A stretch of 59,445 nt of DNA, counting the filler, from Sphacelaria rigidula (taxonomy: Eukaryota): the NCBI GenBank assembly GCA_964200075.2. It is 10 parts of 10 records of this genome, joined end to end, with 100 filler letters (N's around TTAATTAATTAA, not from the genome) between each part and the next. Parts side by side here need not be neighbours in the genome. Positions count along the whole stretch, not along the records: positions 1 to 5,855 come from CAXNAA020023948.1; positions 5,956 to 11,810 come from CAXNAA020023949.1; positions 11,911 to 17,765 come from CAXNAA020023950.1; 7 more parts are not named here. One strand, given 5' to 3'. The position numbers and the translations under genes were made by a program. Below, in pieces: positions 1 to 12,432 of this stretch. The notes below the pieces were generated by a model. It worked only from the letters and a program-made list of their open reading frames with translations. It was not told the DNA's origin and ran no database searches. How positions within the stretch are numbered: position 1 is the first letter of the stretch; each line of letters begins with the position of its first letter.

Positions 1-117
1 AATGTCGCCAATATGAGGCGCTTCATGTAGCCTGGACTCAAACATCAGGCCCTGTGTGGCCATTTTTTCGTGACACTCTTGAGCTGGTTTTGGGGGGGGG
101 CTATCGTAGAAAGTGTC
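1..117 (-). mobile_element. MITE family A, partial copy at contig start
   Basis: Ends in GGGGGGGGGCTATCGTAGAAAGTGTC; the interior matches the reverse complement of 10959-11080. Confidence 0.85.
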
Positions 118-3100
118 TCTCGCGTGAAAACTCGTGCAAACGACACACTCTCCAGTGAGTGGTCGGCCAACACGGCGCGGCCTGTTTGCAGGTCGAGGGT
201 GCGAATATGAGCGTGCAGGTCGCGAACGCCTCCAGAACCAAACTAAAAAAAAACAGTTTCGAATACTGTACACACGAAACAAGAGCCGTACTCCACAGTA
301 GTCCACAGCAGGGCGTTGGACACGAGGCCGCATACGTAGTCGGCGATGATAACCCTGTTCGATACTGACAAGCGAACAGTTGTACAGTGTTCGCGGCCAG
401 CCAAGCACTGCGCATGCGCGGTTGTACGGATGCTCTGAAGATACAGGCTGTGTTTAGTCAGCACCCTGCTTGCTATCGAGACGACCACCATCTCATACTG
501 TTGTTGCACACTGTTGTACAAGAGACCACGCCGTCTGCGCGCTGTATAATCTTCCAAATGGCAGTAGCAGTATTTTACCTGTATCATAGCACTTGTCAAC
601 TGTGCCGAGCACGACGCGCAGTTTTCACTACGTTCGGTAGTAAACACTACTATTATCCTGTTCTCTGTTGTCCACTATTCAGGTTTGTTTCCCGTTCATT
701 TCATTATTGAGTGGCTTTGATAACATACAATCAAGTCATCATCCAGCTTCAGGTATATTTAAAAAATGAAGATGTAAATGAAAATATAGCTAAAGCTTGA
801 TCATGACTTCACACGAACTGGCGCGATGCTGACCGTTCATCATCACCCGTCCATGTACGCGTCAACAAACTACTCCCAGGAAAGGAGGCAGGGCTGTACA
901 GTCTGCTCAGTAGACAATAGATAGCAGTAGCAGTACTATGGTGTGGTTTCACAAGTTCACTTCCCTCCTCGCATATATCCCGCCGTGTATCAAACTCGAA
1001 AAACCTCAGTATACAACATGTTATCTCCCCGGATACACGTTTCCCGCGCATTGGCTGCTGCGGTTGTGGATCGCGGTCATTACGTGATGGCACACGCGCA
1101 TGATAAGATTCACATTCAAGAAACTCAACTGACGGGCCTGTCGTCCAAGACGCCCCAAGTATCAAATACCATTTTGTTCCTTGGAAACTTGCCGTGAGGA
1201 GTGGTCGAAGAATGTATGAGTATTTTTTCGTTGCCAACAGATCGTGTTGCTGGAGTTTATCAATTATAGTCATCAAGCTGATTCGACCCTCTGATTGAGA
1301 GGGTCATCCATCCAGCCGGCATCCTTGATGACTTGAAATACAACTGAAAGACCCAGGTGACCCCACCCGTCAATCACGACGGTGGGTCATATGTGGGCTC
1401 GGCATCCAACACCCTGGTCGCCCTGCCCTCCCCGGCGGTGGGAGGCCTACGTTCGTTTGTGGTTGACGTTCATTGGCCGAATACATATGCACCAAATTGA
1501 TTTTGAATTTTGCCGTGTCTCACCGAGAAATTAGGAAAAAGTGAGGAGCGAAACAAGCGACGGAAAGCAGCATGCTGATTAGTCGCGCAGCCTCGCCGCA
1601 GCCGTAGACCGTTCCGGCGTCCAATCAAGGCGCTACTTTTGGACGCTTTCATTTTCTCTTGCTCACTTTTTTGTCTCGGCAAGACAGGGCCTCGCAGTAC
1701 TGTGTGCGACAAACGCCCATACGGCCGGAGACATGCGTGGTTAGCGCCCATGGCCGAACAAATAGTATCCGTCAAACTGATACCAAGTTACGATACTGTG
1801 TGCGAACAACGCAATATGGCCAGGGACAATTTGTTGCCAGTTGCGATGGTACAGTAGTCAAACGCTGAAAATGGTTTTCACTTGATCGTTCTTTTGACGA
1901 TGTTACCGTCACTCAGGCGTGATTTTGGAGAGTCGGTAGGCGTTTGGAAAAGAAGCAACTCGTGCTCGGGACTACATTTACCATTCTTGTGTTGTCGGAA
2001 CAACACGAAGTAGAACCCCGTTTATCGACGGGGTGTTATTGACCGAATAAGGCTTCAAAATTCGCTTTTCCAACTGCAGCGCAATGAATATCGACAAAAT
2101 AGAGATGAATGAGCTATGGAATGATTGATTTAACGATCCGGATCGATTCGGTCGAGCGAAAATTGTGGGGAGCGAGAACCGGGGTGCCTTTGCACTCGTG
2201 GGACCCCCCAAGACCGGCGAGCCCGCATCGCGTTCGCAATTGGTCGTTGACTGTATTTTTTTTTCGAAAATTGTGTCGAGTGGTCATGTACCTCGATTCC
2301 CAAAGTTCTGTATCAAACAAGAACCGTGAGAAGAGTCGTGGTGAGCAAAAACCCTGAAAAACTCGCTTCCAATTCAAAAATGTATATTTTTCAGGCTCGA
2401 CCACAGTATGTTGTGACCAGGATCCCTGCCAGAGTCGTTGGGTGCGACAATTGCAAGCGTTAGCGACCCTCACGTCAGCCGCCAATATTGCGGTTTCATG
2501 ACCGCTGGCATTGAGGGTACGAAGCGGTCCCTTGAAAATATGACGGAGGTCCTGGACCTTGTTGTACAACAGTCACAAAAACGGATCTGTACGCAAATCG
2601 GGGGATCTCGGATCCGGAAGCGCCTTGTATGGACCTCAAATTGGCCCAAATCGGGGAAGCCCAGATTCGTATGTCACGATTTGAGGACGGTTTTACCCGA
2701 ATATGAGCGCAGATGGGGGAAAAATTGAGGTCTCCCGAATCTCTAGGAAGTGACGTACGTACATTGACGTACGGTGATGAGGCAACAGGCGTTTGATATC
2801 TTTGTAACCCCAGCAGCAAACAGTCTCGTGACAGCACAGGGCGTGCCTGCCGGCGCCAGCTGCTGGAGCAGCTTCGCACGGGGTTTGACAAGCGGATAAA
2901 ATGATGCCGTACCCTGCTGCGATGGTAATATTTTATACTGTACTGCTGCGCTACTGTATGTATGTATCATCATGACGAACGGTACTGTACTCTACACTCA
3001 GCTGTGGATGTACTTGAAGGGTGAAGAATGACACTGCATTGGTGAACTCTTGCCGCACACCGTGGACTGTTCTCGCAATACCGACTGTACCATCATGTAT

Positions 3101-4598
3101 TACCACAGGGCATTACCGTGTGCTGTGGCTGTGGAGTGTACCGCACTCCATTATACTCTAGGGTACCACGGTACGACGCTGCCCTTGAAAGATGATTCCC
3201 TGCCTGCCTGTTCGGCTTCATTGTGACACCACACCCGCAAAGAAAATGATCCTCCGTGTACAGAACAATTTCAATAAGTCTATGAAGCCATGGCACATAC
3301 AGACGTACACACGAATCCGAGTTTCGCGAGTCTGAGCCGCCCCCGATTTGGCACAGATTGGGGTCCCGCCAGATTTGGAATTGGCTGCCATACAAGTTGC
3401 TTTTCGGCTTCCTCTCGCGATCCTGGAAAATAACTTCGTGGGAAAGACTTTGTGGGATAAGCCCCTTTCTCTTCTCATTTTTTTTTTCCGAAAGTTTTTT
3501 GCACGGGGAACCGCGACCATGGGCATGAGCCTTGTTCATGATACACTAGCGGCCAATCAAAAACCATCCTCTTGAAGCTTGTTCATGTCGTGTCATGTGA
3601 TGCCGACTCCTGCATTTCACAAATGGTCATGATCCACTCAGGGTTTTTTTGACACTATTGCTTGCGGTTCCAGTCAGTACCCTCCTCCACTCTCTGTGTA
3701 ATACCGTAGTTCACAGACGTGCTCAATCTGTGTCCACACTAGTGGGGGGGATTGGCTTCGCCTCAGCGCATTACGCGCTGTGTGGGCGATCCGTTTGTTC
3801 GATGCTGCATGGCAGCCCAGTACGGCCGAACAGGCAGCACATGCAAGTACGGGCATAAGCAGTACAGGCGCTACACAACTTTAGACATCAGACAGTGCAG
3901 CGGCCGCTGTTTAGTACACCAAGTTAATCGTGGCATGTATCGCGAGGGCGGGCGGTCAGGTGTCTCGGTGTAAAATCTGCCAAACTTCTCCAGAGTCATC
4001 AGCGGTTTCGGAAACTGTTGTCGAGAGAGGTTTCCGGATAATGATCGCCGTCCGAATCTTAATCCAGAGTTTTCTCTCCGGATCACGAGACGCGGGCTAG
4101 AAGACAAACATGAATAGTTTAATACTTTTTGCCAAGTGAAGGCCGTGTATCTAGGATGGTCATTCTCCAAGTTCGCTCTAAATCAAGCACGTCACATTCG
4201 GCGTCTCACCCGTTGAAACGAACCCATGTCAGGCGTGCCATTCACACACGGTTTTCGCCGACGCTTCCTCATGTGAGAACATATAAGATATAGGAGCCTC
4301 TTGACGGCTTGGATGGGATCATCTGGATTTTGTCCCCCCCACCCCTCCCAAGTGAGAATGATGTCGATTCAACGCTCTCATCCTCCCTGGCACTCAAAGG
4401 GTCAACATGTGGTGACGTTCCGTCAGGTGTCTGTTTGCAGGATGTTTGGCTCTTGCGTACCATCGTGCACATGTGGTACAATCGTGCTGTGCCCAGCATG
4501 GCATGAGACATGAGCAGGTGTGTGTGGGTGACCCATGGTGTGTGTACGGCTGTCGGGCGACTTCGTTCTCAAAAATAGCCGCAGGTCGGGGCTGCCGC

Positions 4599-4624
4599 TG
4601 CAGCAGCAGCAGCAGCAGCAGCAG
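4599..4624 (+). repeat. (CAG)n microsatellite
   Basis: About 8 tandem CAG units. Confidence 0.9.
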
Positions 4625-5855
4625 GATATGCAAAGTGTGCAAAGAGCGCTGGTCATCTCCCACTGTCGTCCTTCCTTCGGCGGCACAACGTTTGTCGACA
4701 GTATCTTAGTTTACACACGTGGGTCAGATAATGATCTATCTGAAAATAACTTATACTTATCCGGATTATGATCCGGATCAACTGCCCCCCATTTTCCATG
4801 TCTGCTCCTTACGGCGCCGGACCCTGGGCACACCGAGTAAGTAGCGCAAAGGTTGCGCTTTCACTTTTCTCCCTCTGCGGTTACATATCTTGTGTTTTTG
4901 GACCAATGGATCCGAGAGTCTTCTTTGATGAGTTGTTTCGAACACATCATGATATGTGTGAAGTGCCTCAGTTTGCGATCCTCATCATCCAGTGGTGTAT
5001 ATACGTACGGTGTGCAACGGGCCACTCTTGTTATGGTGTCGGATTTTCGTTCTGGCAGTCGGACTAAGTTGTGCCTCGAATTTTAAGTCGTGGGTTCCGC
5101 GGCTCTCTACTCGATGACCTTGAGCGATTTGTTACTGATTGCCATCAGCATAATGCATCCATCTCTCTCGAGTCACCTGATGCGTACACAGGCAACAACG
5201 GTGCCCCGGAGTGGTGCTTCCTGTATAACTAGTTTCACAGTGTGGATCATTCGTGCTATGGAGTCGGTACCGCCATGAATAACTTGAGATGGGTGGTCAT
5301 GAATCGCTTGAGAGCCAAGCCTCCTCGAAAGGAACCTAGATGAACCGCTGAAAATGCATGAAAAAAAATGCTCTTGTTTACGACAGACGGCGTGTCTACA
5401 GGATTGGGGGCCCCGAAATTCATATTGCAGCATGGCTATGTTGTCATGAGCGCTCGTGCCCGCACGGAGGGACTTTTGAACTAAGTTGTCGGAGCTACTG
5501 ACGTTGAGGATCAGCCAGGGATACTGCTCCGAAAGGAGCTCTGATCCCCTGTAGTTGGCGATGATTCAACACCACTCGTGACCTTTTCCACGCGTGAAAT
5601 TGAAAGTGTGGTCTCTTGAAAGGAACATGCTCCATGCTCGATGACAACCTCGCTGAAGTATCTTTTCTTCAGAGTAAACAGTCAGGCCCAAAATACCGGC
5701 TGGTCTTCCTGAAAAATTCCAAGGGCCGGACAAATAATGATTCGTCTGAAAAATTACTTGGTTTTAGTACCATGAGTCGACTCGCGACGAATCAATCTCT
5801 AGGCTTTATTTCAGCGTTGCAACCCAGGTATACGCAGCCCAGACACGTGAAATGG

Positions 5856-5955
5856 NNNNNNNNNNNNNNNNNNNNNNNNNNNNNNNNNNNNNNNNNNNNT
5901 TAATTAATTAANNNNNNNNNNNNNNNNNNNNNNNNNNNNNNNNNNNNNNNNNNNN
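5856..5955. other. Artificial contig linker 1 (44N-TTAATTAATTAA-44N)
   Basis: 100-bp spacer with stop codons in all six frames; identical at nine positions. Confidence 0.99.
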
Positions 5956-6565
5956 AAACCCGAAAAAAGAAGCCAGAAAACACAAAAGAAAAAAGAAGAA
6001 AGAAAGAGGGGGAAAAAAACCAAAAAAAACCGTAAAAAAAAAAAAAAAGGAAAAAAAAGTGACGTTTCCCGCCCCCACTAAAAAAGCATACAAACTCGTC
6101 GAGCCACGACGGCCGTTGGTCCCTGTATACCATGCGGCACCTCAACGACGAGTCACATGAAAGGTACAGGTACCTTTTATCAGTTGATTGTCTCACAGCA
6201 ACTGGTGCTGTGAGGACCAAGCTACGATCTTAACGTAAGGGAAGATGGATGCCACAAGGGTAAAAGGACGTGGTGGCCAAGGAAAACCAAAAGTAAATAT
6301 TGAATAGAAGAAGGCGGACAAAAGCCACGACACCAAAAGAGAGCACAACACAGTCATAAAAGGAAGGTAAAAATTATGAGGACGTTCCTTTCAGTGCAAT
6401 ATCTTACCATGATCGTCGAATGTTTTACTAGGAAAAAAGCATGTGCAAAGAAACACAAGAACCACCTACCTCTGCGTGTTTCAGGCGCTGCTGGGTTACG
6501 CGCTTCCCCTCAACACGTTCGCCCAACGCAGCTAGCCGTCGACTCTCCCTGCATGACACAAGAGA

Positions 6566-6686
6566 TGAGGGTTAGAATCAGGGCTGCGGCCAGGGTTAGG
6601 ATAAGGGTTACGGCTGGGGTTATCGTTGGGGTTATGTTCATACGGCCACAGTTAGGGTAAAGACTAGCGCTAGGGTAGGGGCTAAG
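6566..6686 (+). repeat. Degenerate TTAGGG-like interstitial hexamer tract
   Basis: Recurrent GGGTTAG, GGGTTAC, GGGTTAT and TTAGGG words with 6-nt periodicity. Confidence 0.6.
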
Positions 6687-7893
6687 TAGCATTTCAACAC
6701 CCGAACCGATACCATGTGGACAAAAAGATTATATCTTGTACGCTGTGCACGTTTCGCCGATGTAATATATCGTCATTCTCCAGGATGTGAAAAATACACA
6801 GCATCAGCATTATTCCGGCGAAAAATAATCACCGTGTTGAACGGCGCAAAAAAACGGTAACCTACTTCCACACAACAAACATATCTCGTGTATCCAAATA
6901 AACAGGCACAGCAGCAGCGCTTTTCGTTTCGGGGAAGACACCGTGGAGCTGCAGCAGCGGTGAACTCATAGGACAACCTGTCGATAAATCCCGTATTGAA
7001 TAAAATACCTCACAAAATCAGGTCGTGAATAGCTACAGACTTGACAAATAATTGACTGTATTTTACACACAAAAGAATCAGGACAAAACAGGCAGGGGAG
7101 GAGTGCAAACATGGTCGTTTCGTCACGCTGCTTTGCTCCACGGGTATGCTATGCTCGTGTGCTCATCAGACACAAATCGTCATGCCACACGTTTTCGTGC
7201 TCAGCCACGTACAGCACCCGGGATACCGACATCGAGGCACGCCGGAGGACGATATTATTCCGAAACGAGGTCTGGCGTCCAAGAGGATGACTGTTTTACC
7301 CGTCAGGATGGGGTAATCTAGGCCATACAGTTTCTTTTTCGAAAGTAAAGTGATTTTATGTCAGCCGTTTTAACGTATGCATGCCCCACTCTAGCGGTGA
7401 GAGGGTGACGTGGTCAATGTAGGTGGCCCAATAGGGATGTCTCGGCTATGGAACATGACCCCGTCTGCATCCCGCGAGAGAGCGCCGCTTACCGATCTTT
7501 AGCAGTCACCACGGCGTCGAGAACGGCCTCTTTGAAGTCTACCACTTCCTTCCGCTGACGTTTACGCCGATCCTGTGTCGTCAAAGCACAAGAGCACACA
7601 CACAAATGTTTTTCTTTATATTTTGATTGTCGCAGTTTAACTGAACCCCCCAGGGATGCATCCATGGTGAGACACCCATGAGGCAGTGTATAAGACGTCG
7701 CTGTCTCTGGAAGTGGCCATACCAGACAATAAAGCAACTCATTAGAGGCCGTCATCCAAATGCAAGATAATCAGCAGGCTTTGGGCCGAACAATTTTAGC
7801 AGGATGCAGCTAACCCTTCATGCGACTCGCCGGAGATCCACGGCGCTTCGCGCTTGGTGATTAAGTGCGAGCCTAGTCCGGCGAAAACCCGGT

Positions 7894-7973
7894 GTGCTCC
7901 GTCCCGGCTTTGAAGGGATGCGAGGTCAATGGTCATATGACTATGGCATGCATGATCATGAGTACACCCCCCC
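7894..7973 (+). mobile_element. Retroposon 3' end, type B (C-run terminus)
   Basis: GTGCTCCGTCCCGGCTTTGAAGGGATGCGAGGTCAATGGTCATATGACTATGGCATGCATGATCATGAGTACACCCCCCC; other copies at 44552, 47467 and 53417; homologous to the type C LINE tail. Confidence 0.75.
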
Positions 7974-8636
7974 AGGAATCCATCCTTGGTCACATAACAA
8001 AGTATACCCCACACAAAACAAAACTGAAACACTCGCTCAAGAAAAAAAAAAACAGAGCAACACAGTAGACCACGACATGAAAAAAATAATAATAATAAGG
8101 AAATAAAAAGAGAAACAAAGAAATGTCCGGCCTCTGCCACATGGCTCCGAAACAAACGATACTTGACACAGCAAAAGCGACACGCGGTTCATAGTTTATC
8201 GCTATACACACACAAGAACAAAAGCAAGAAACACAGATGCTACGCGTTTTGACATGAACATGATGGAGAGCGTACATGACGCGACACGCACGATTCCTCC
8301 GTTTGTCGTCAAACATCCGCCACACATAGACAGACAGTTAGACAGACACATATGCTAACGGGAGATTCCACTTGTCTCGACATGAAACGAAGCGAACACT
8401 GCGCATCGCTACACACCCTTCACTGGCCGCCGTGGAACATCCTAACCCTCACCCAGAGCCTCAGAGACTCAAAACACCAAAATACGCACAAAAGATCTCA
8501 CGAAGGTGCCTGAACATAGTCATGAACGCATATACATAACAAAAACGGCGCGCACGAGTCATCATCCATTGCCAACACACTCCAACAAACACACCCCCGT
8601 CGTCCACCGATATATATATATATGTATATATACTTG

Positions 8637-8827
8637 CAAGGGCGGGTCGAGCGGAGTATACTCAATTGCGGGGTATTTTGAAACTCGTACTTGAAGTACA
8701 CAGATTGGGGGTAGGGTTTGAGGAATCGCTTTCCCGTTATTTTTTGGGTACGACTCCCAACACTCTACCCTAATTTGAGTACCTCAAGTTCCCCGCAATT
8801 GAGTATACTCTACTCGACCTGCTCTTG
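8637..8827. mobile_element. MITE family D (hAT-like)
   Basis: TIR CAAGGGCGGGTCGAGCGGAGTATACTCAATTGCGGGG ... CCCCGCAATTGAGTATACTCTACTCGACCTGCTCTTG; homologous to 28544 and 55847; no TSD visible in this copy. Confidence 0.85.
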
Positions 8828-8975
8828 TCTCTTCCTTTTTTTTCCTGCTCCTCCTCTTTAGAGCGTGTTTGAATTTTTTGTTTTTTTTTGGGTACGTCTA
8901 TCATGAGACCACGGCTGGATCATGACCCCTGGGGGGTCACTTAAAGTGCGACAATCAATCAATCAAGCAATCAAC
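8828..8975 (+). mobile_element. Probable retroposon 3' end with (AATC)n tail
   Basis: T-rich tract, GACCACGGCTGGAT motif, then AATC repeats; same layout as 9750-9915. Confidence 0.5.
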
Positions 8976-9656
8976 TTGGAATACTATCGGGGGGTTCCGA
9001 CGACCGACCTACCAACCTACCCACCTCGGGATTTGAAGGGTCGGGAAAAAAAAAAAAAAACGGGCATTGCTGTGCTTGATTGTTGACTTTGCCTTCTCAC
9101 CTGAACGGCCGGCCTAGGGCTATCCCGGGTGGAGGTGCGACGAGAGGGTGTCTTCCGGAGAGATCTGCAGAAACGGTCAAAAACACGGGCCGAGTAAAAA
9201 TAAATATCTAAGGATAACATTCAGCAGCAGGAAGCGCGTACTGTCGCGATGATGGCCGGGAAAAAACGGACGAGGAAACAGCACACACTAGAGTATGACA
9301 CACACAAGAGTCGAACATCGGCCGGGTTACAACGATTCAACACTGAGTCGGGAGTGGAGAAGTAGCCGGTGATTGGCCAAGATCAGGCAAAAAATAAATA
9401 AAGGGCAAAGACATGTGAAAACTAAGACCGGCTACCTCAACTTACAAGGGAGGATAAATATCCGTTGCATGAACGCACGGGATATCGATCTGCCAAACAG
9501 GTCAACAAAAGTAAACACGGCACCAAGCTGAGCTCAGGCCGTCAACGACTTTATCAGCGATGGACACCCCCCCCCATTGAACATACCAACACACGAAACA
9601 TGGTGGTGTACGCAACCGTGTAGACACCCCGTCAGAGAGTCAAGAACATCCTCCGA

Positions 9657-9745
9657 TCAGCAATCGACATTGCACAAGTCAGCAATCGACATTACACAAG
9701 TCAGCAATCGACATCTCACAAGCCAGCAATTGACATCTATAAAGT
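9657..9745 (+). repeat. 22-bp tandem repeat, 4 units
   Basis: Unit TCAGCAATCGACATTRCACAAG; further partial units at about 9928 and 10805. Confidence 0.85.
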
Positions 9746-9749
9746 GAGT

Positions 9750-9868
9750 GGCCGTTGCTTCTGTATTTTTTTGTTCCTTTCTTTGTCCTTTTTTTTCTTT
9801 TATTAACATGTTCTATTTTTGCTGCTCCTGACCACGGGCTGGATTGTTGCAATCAGCTAATGTGAGAT

Positions 9869-9915
<47 letters not shown>
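9750..9915 (+). mobile_element. Probable retroposon 3' end with (AATC)n tail
   Basis: T-rich tract, GACCACGGGCTGGAT, then about 10 AATC units; interrupts the 22-bp array. Confidence 0.55.
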
Positions 9916-9917
<2 letters not shown>

Positions 9918-9958
9918 ATTTCACCAGTCAGCACTCGACATTGAACCCTGTGGAGACC

Positions 9959-10012
<54 letters not shown>

Positions 10013-10958
10013 CCCCCCCCCCCTCCCACACAACACATAAAAAACAAAAAANNNNNNNNNNAAAAAACCAACAAAACACTCAACCAATTCCCCCCCCCCC
10101 CCCCCCCCAATAAACCCTGGGGGGACCCCCCCCCCCCCCCCCCCGTCCCCGTCTCCGGTCCAGACGCCTCATTATTTCAAGGGCTGACAAAACAGAAAAG
10201 ATGGGAAAAGAAAATGCCGACAACAACTATTTTCACGGCGGAAGGCCACAGAAGAATACACCCACATACGTCATGCTCGCACCAAAAATGCCGCCTCGGT
10301 GCGGTCAGATAAGTTTTATCGAATGAGGGGACGCAACGGGTCAAGTATGTTGAACGTTGTGCCCACGGCAACAACCAGCACAGCGGCCTTTGAATTTCAT
10401 ACAACAAAAATCAGTACCACCTATATTTTTTTTTTCACGTATTTAGTCCCGTGTGGCACTGCGGCACACATTTATATAGGTGACGCACCCCATCGGAGTA
10501 TTGTTGTGCTGCAGTCCGGAGGTCGTACCCGCCCAACACTTGGCAAGCGTGCTCAGCCACATTACAGAAACAAAGTAGTATGGCCGAGCACACAGACATC
10601 CCTTCACCACATGTGGGAATAAGTATTGAGGTGCGATACAGTGTTTACGCGATTCACCGCCAGTTGGAAACGGTTGCGGGTCTGAAAAACACGCCTTGGG
10701 CAAGATAGTGGTCCTTCAAAAGCTGCAATCAACCGTATGTTGTTGAAAAAACAGCACCTGGAAATCAGCACTTTTCCATTGCCGGTACCAAAAGGGTTAA
10801 CAAATCAGCAATCGACACTTGAGCAATTAGCAGTGAACAAGAGTCACAGCAATAGATGCACAAGGCCTATATTTTACGCAGTACATTTTTGTCTACTACA
10901 ACTGTTGACTAAATGTTGTCCAACGGTGTGGATAGATTCCAAACAACCATGGACATGG

Positions 10959-11211
10959 GACACTTTCTACGATAGCCCCCCCTCAGAATCAGCCCAAAAG
11001 TGTCACGAAAAAAATGGTCATACAGCGCCTGATGTTTAGGTTCAGGCTGCATGGAGTACCTCATGTGGGCGACATTGGCGAGAACAAATCCAAGCATGAA
11101 AATTCCCAGCTGCTCGTTGCGCTCGGCTTTTCCCATTTTGACTTCCGCGAAGACCAGCCACTTTTTTTTTTTTTTTTTTTTGGGGGGGGGGGTGCTACCG
11201 TAGAAAGTGTC
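10959..11211 (+). mobile_element. MITE family A, complete copy (~250 bp)
   Basis: TIR GACACTTTCTACGATAGCCCCCCC ... GGGGGGGTGCTACCGTAGAAAGTGTC; flanks ATGG/ATAG (4-bp TSD, 1 mismatch); six copies in the window. Confidence 0.9.
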
Positions 11212-11503
11212 ATAGTCAACATTCAAAAACATGACCTCATGAGCCACGTGCTGTTCCCACGGAGATTCTCCACTACTGTACACACACAAACATCTCTCCA
11301 CTGAACACGAAGTTGATGACTATCGCTGTACATACAAATAGTTCTGGCAGTGTGCAATAGCTTTCACTTAACACGAAGTTCGTTCCCCCCTATTCGCATA
11401 CGATTAGTTCTGTCACTGTATAGTCATCTTCCACTTGACAAAAAGAAACAGAGCACTTTTCTCTCTGCACACACGTCTAGTTTCGCCCTTGTACATTTGC
11501 CGC

Positions 11504-11739
11504 GCCCGGGTGGTGTAATGTCCGGCTGTCGCCATCAGGGTGGAGAGAACGAGGGTTCGATTCTTTAGGTATTGGGTTCTTTTCTCCGTAGTGTGATTTC
11601 CACTGTGGAAAGCGCGAGGAAGTGAGTAAACGAAGTAGTTGATTGAGTCTGTTTGACGTAAGTTGACGCGGTGCGGGAGTGCTGATAGTCATGATCCAAT
11701 CCGCGAGACCAAAATGCAAGGCGTGTACCGGGGGGGGGG
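11504..11739 (+). mobile_element. Candidate tRNA-headed SINE (family F), cut by a LINE tail
   Basis: A-box-like TGGTGTAATG (11511) and B-box GGTTCGATTC (11554); the body at 11620-11735 is repeated in reverse at 50295-50410. Confidence 0.5.
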
Positions 11740-11810
11740 CGTACTCATTTGTTGCTCGCCTTAGGCGTTTGGCCATTGGCCCCGCATCCCTTTCGAGACG
11801 GAGCACCGCC
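11730..11810 (-). mobile_element. LINE type C 3' tail
   Basis: Matches the terminus of the RT-bearing element at 28034-29675. Confidence 0.9.
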
Positions 11811-11910
11811 NNNNNNNNNNNNNNNNNNNNNNNNNNNNNNNNNNNNNNNNNNNNTTAATTAATTAANNNNNNNNNNNNNNNNNNNNNNNNNNNNNNNNNN
11901 NNNNNNNNNN
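11811..11910. other. Artificial contig linker 2
   Basis: Same 100-bp spacer. Confidence 0.99.
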
Positions 11911-11981
11911 AAATATAGGCGCAACGCAAGTGTGGAAGGATGTCTGACACACTTATGAGCCTCTTTTTTCGTGCAACCAAA

Positions 11982-12239
11982 GAGTGATGCTGCGATAGGT
12001 TTTGTACTTTTGGGGCCAAAACCGGCCTGATTCAGGGGTTCCTAAAATTAGGAACTACGCAAGAATATGGGTCAGAATATCCCCGTTTGCAAATTCATTC
12101 GGGATATCCCTAGCGAATTGGAAGAAAAACCCTGGCGTACTCTCACCTATTTCGAAAGTCGTGTTTTGGATGAGATAAAGGGTTCCTAACAATTCCACTC
12201 TCAGGCCGTAAAAGTGCTGACCCTATCGCAGCATCACTC
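11982..12239. mobile_element. MITE family E (Sola-like, 4-bp TSD)
   Basis: Perfect 18-bp TIR GAGTGATGCTGCGATAGG/CCTATCGCAGCATCACTC with CAAA duplicated on both sides; a second partial copy at 16776. Confidence 0.9.
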
Positions 12240-12432
12240 CAAATACCCCCCCCCCCCCTATCGTAGGATGACTCCCACATGAGCGGCGTGTAGCAGTCCG
12301 AAATCAGCTATAAAGCCCAAATGAGTCGCGTCGTGCAGTACTAAACCAGATGTAACGGCATTTATGATCATCGCCTTCGTGCACGTTTTGGGCCGGTTCG
12401 GGGGGGGGGGCTATCTCGGCAGCAGTCATCGT

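Noticed and set aside
1283..1390. Hammerhead-like string TTGATGACTTGAAATACAACTGAAA between two hairpins
   Set aside because: The core is TTGATGA rather than CTGATGA, stem II lacks the G-C closing pair, and no correctly placed UH cleavage site or stem I partner was found.
2570..3400. Weak inverted similarity (CTTGTATGG..CCAAATCGGGG vs CCCCGATTTGG..CCATACAAG)
   Set aside because: Patchy, with no definable termini or TSD.
4750..5855. Long stop-interrupted minus-strand frame
   Set aside because: No recognisable motif; cannot be assigned.
5956..6060. A-rich tract giving Phe-rich ORFs
   Set aside because: Low-complexity contig edge.
9657..9745. Possible CRISPR-like array
   Set aside because: Head-to-tail 22-bp units with no unique spacers, no cas genes, eukaryotic context.
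9941..10312. Poly-proline ORF and antisense poly-glycine ORF
   Set aside because: Translation of poly-C runs around an N gap; low-quality sequence.
11504..11575. Functional tRNA gene
   Set aside because: A and B boxes are present but acceptor and anticodon stems do not form; kept only as a SINE-head candidate.
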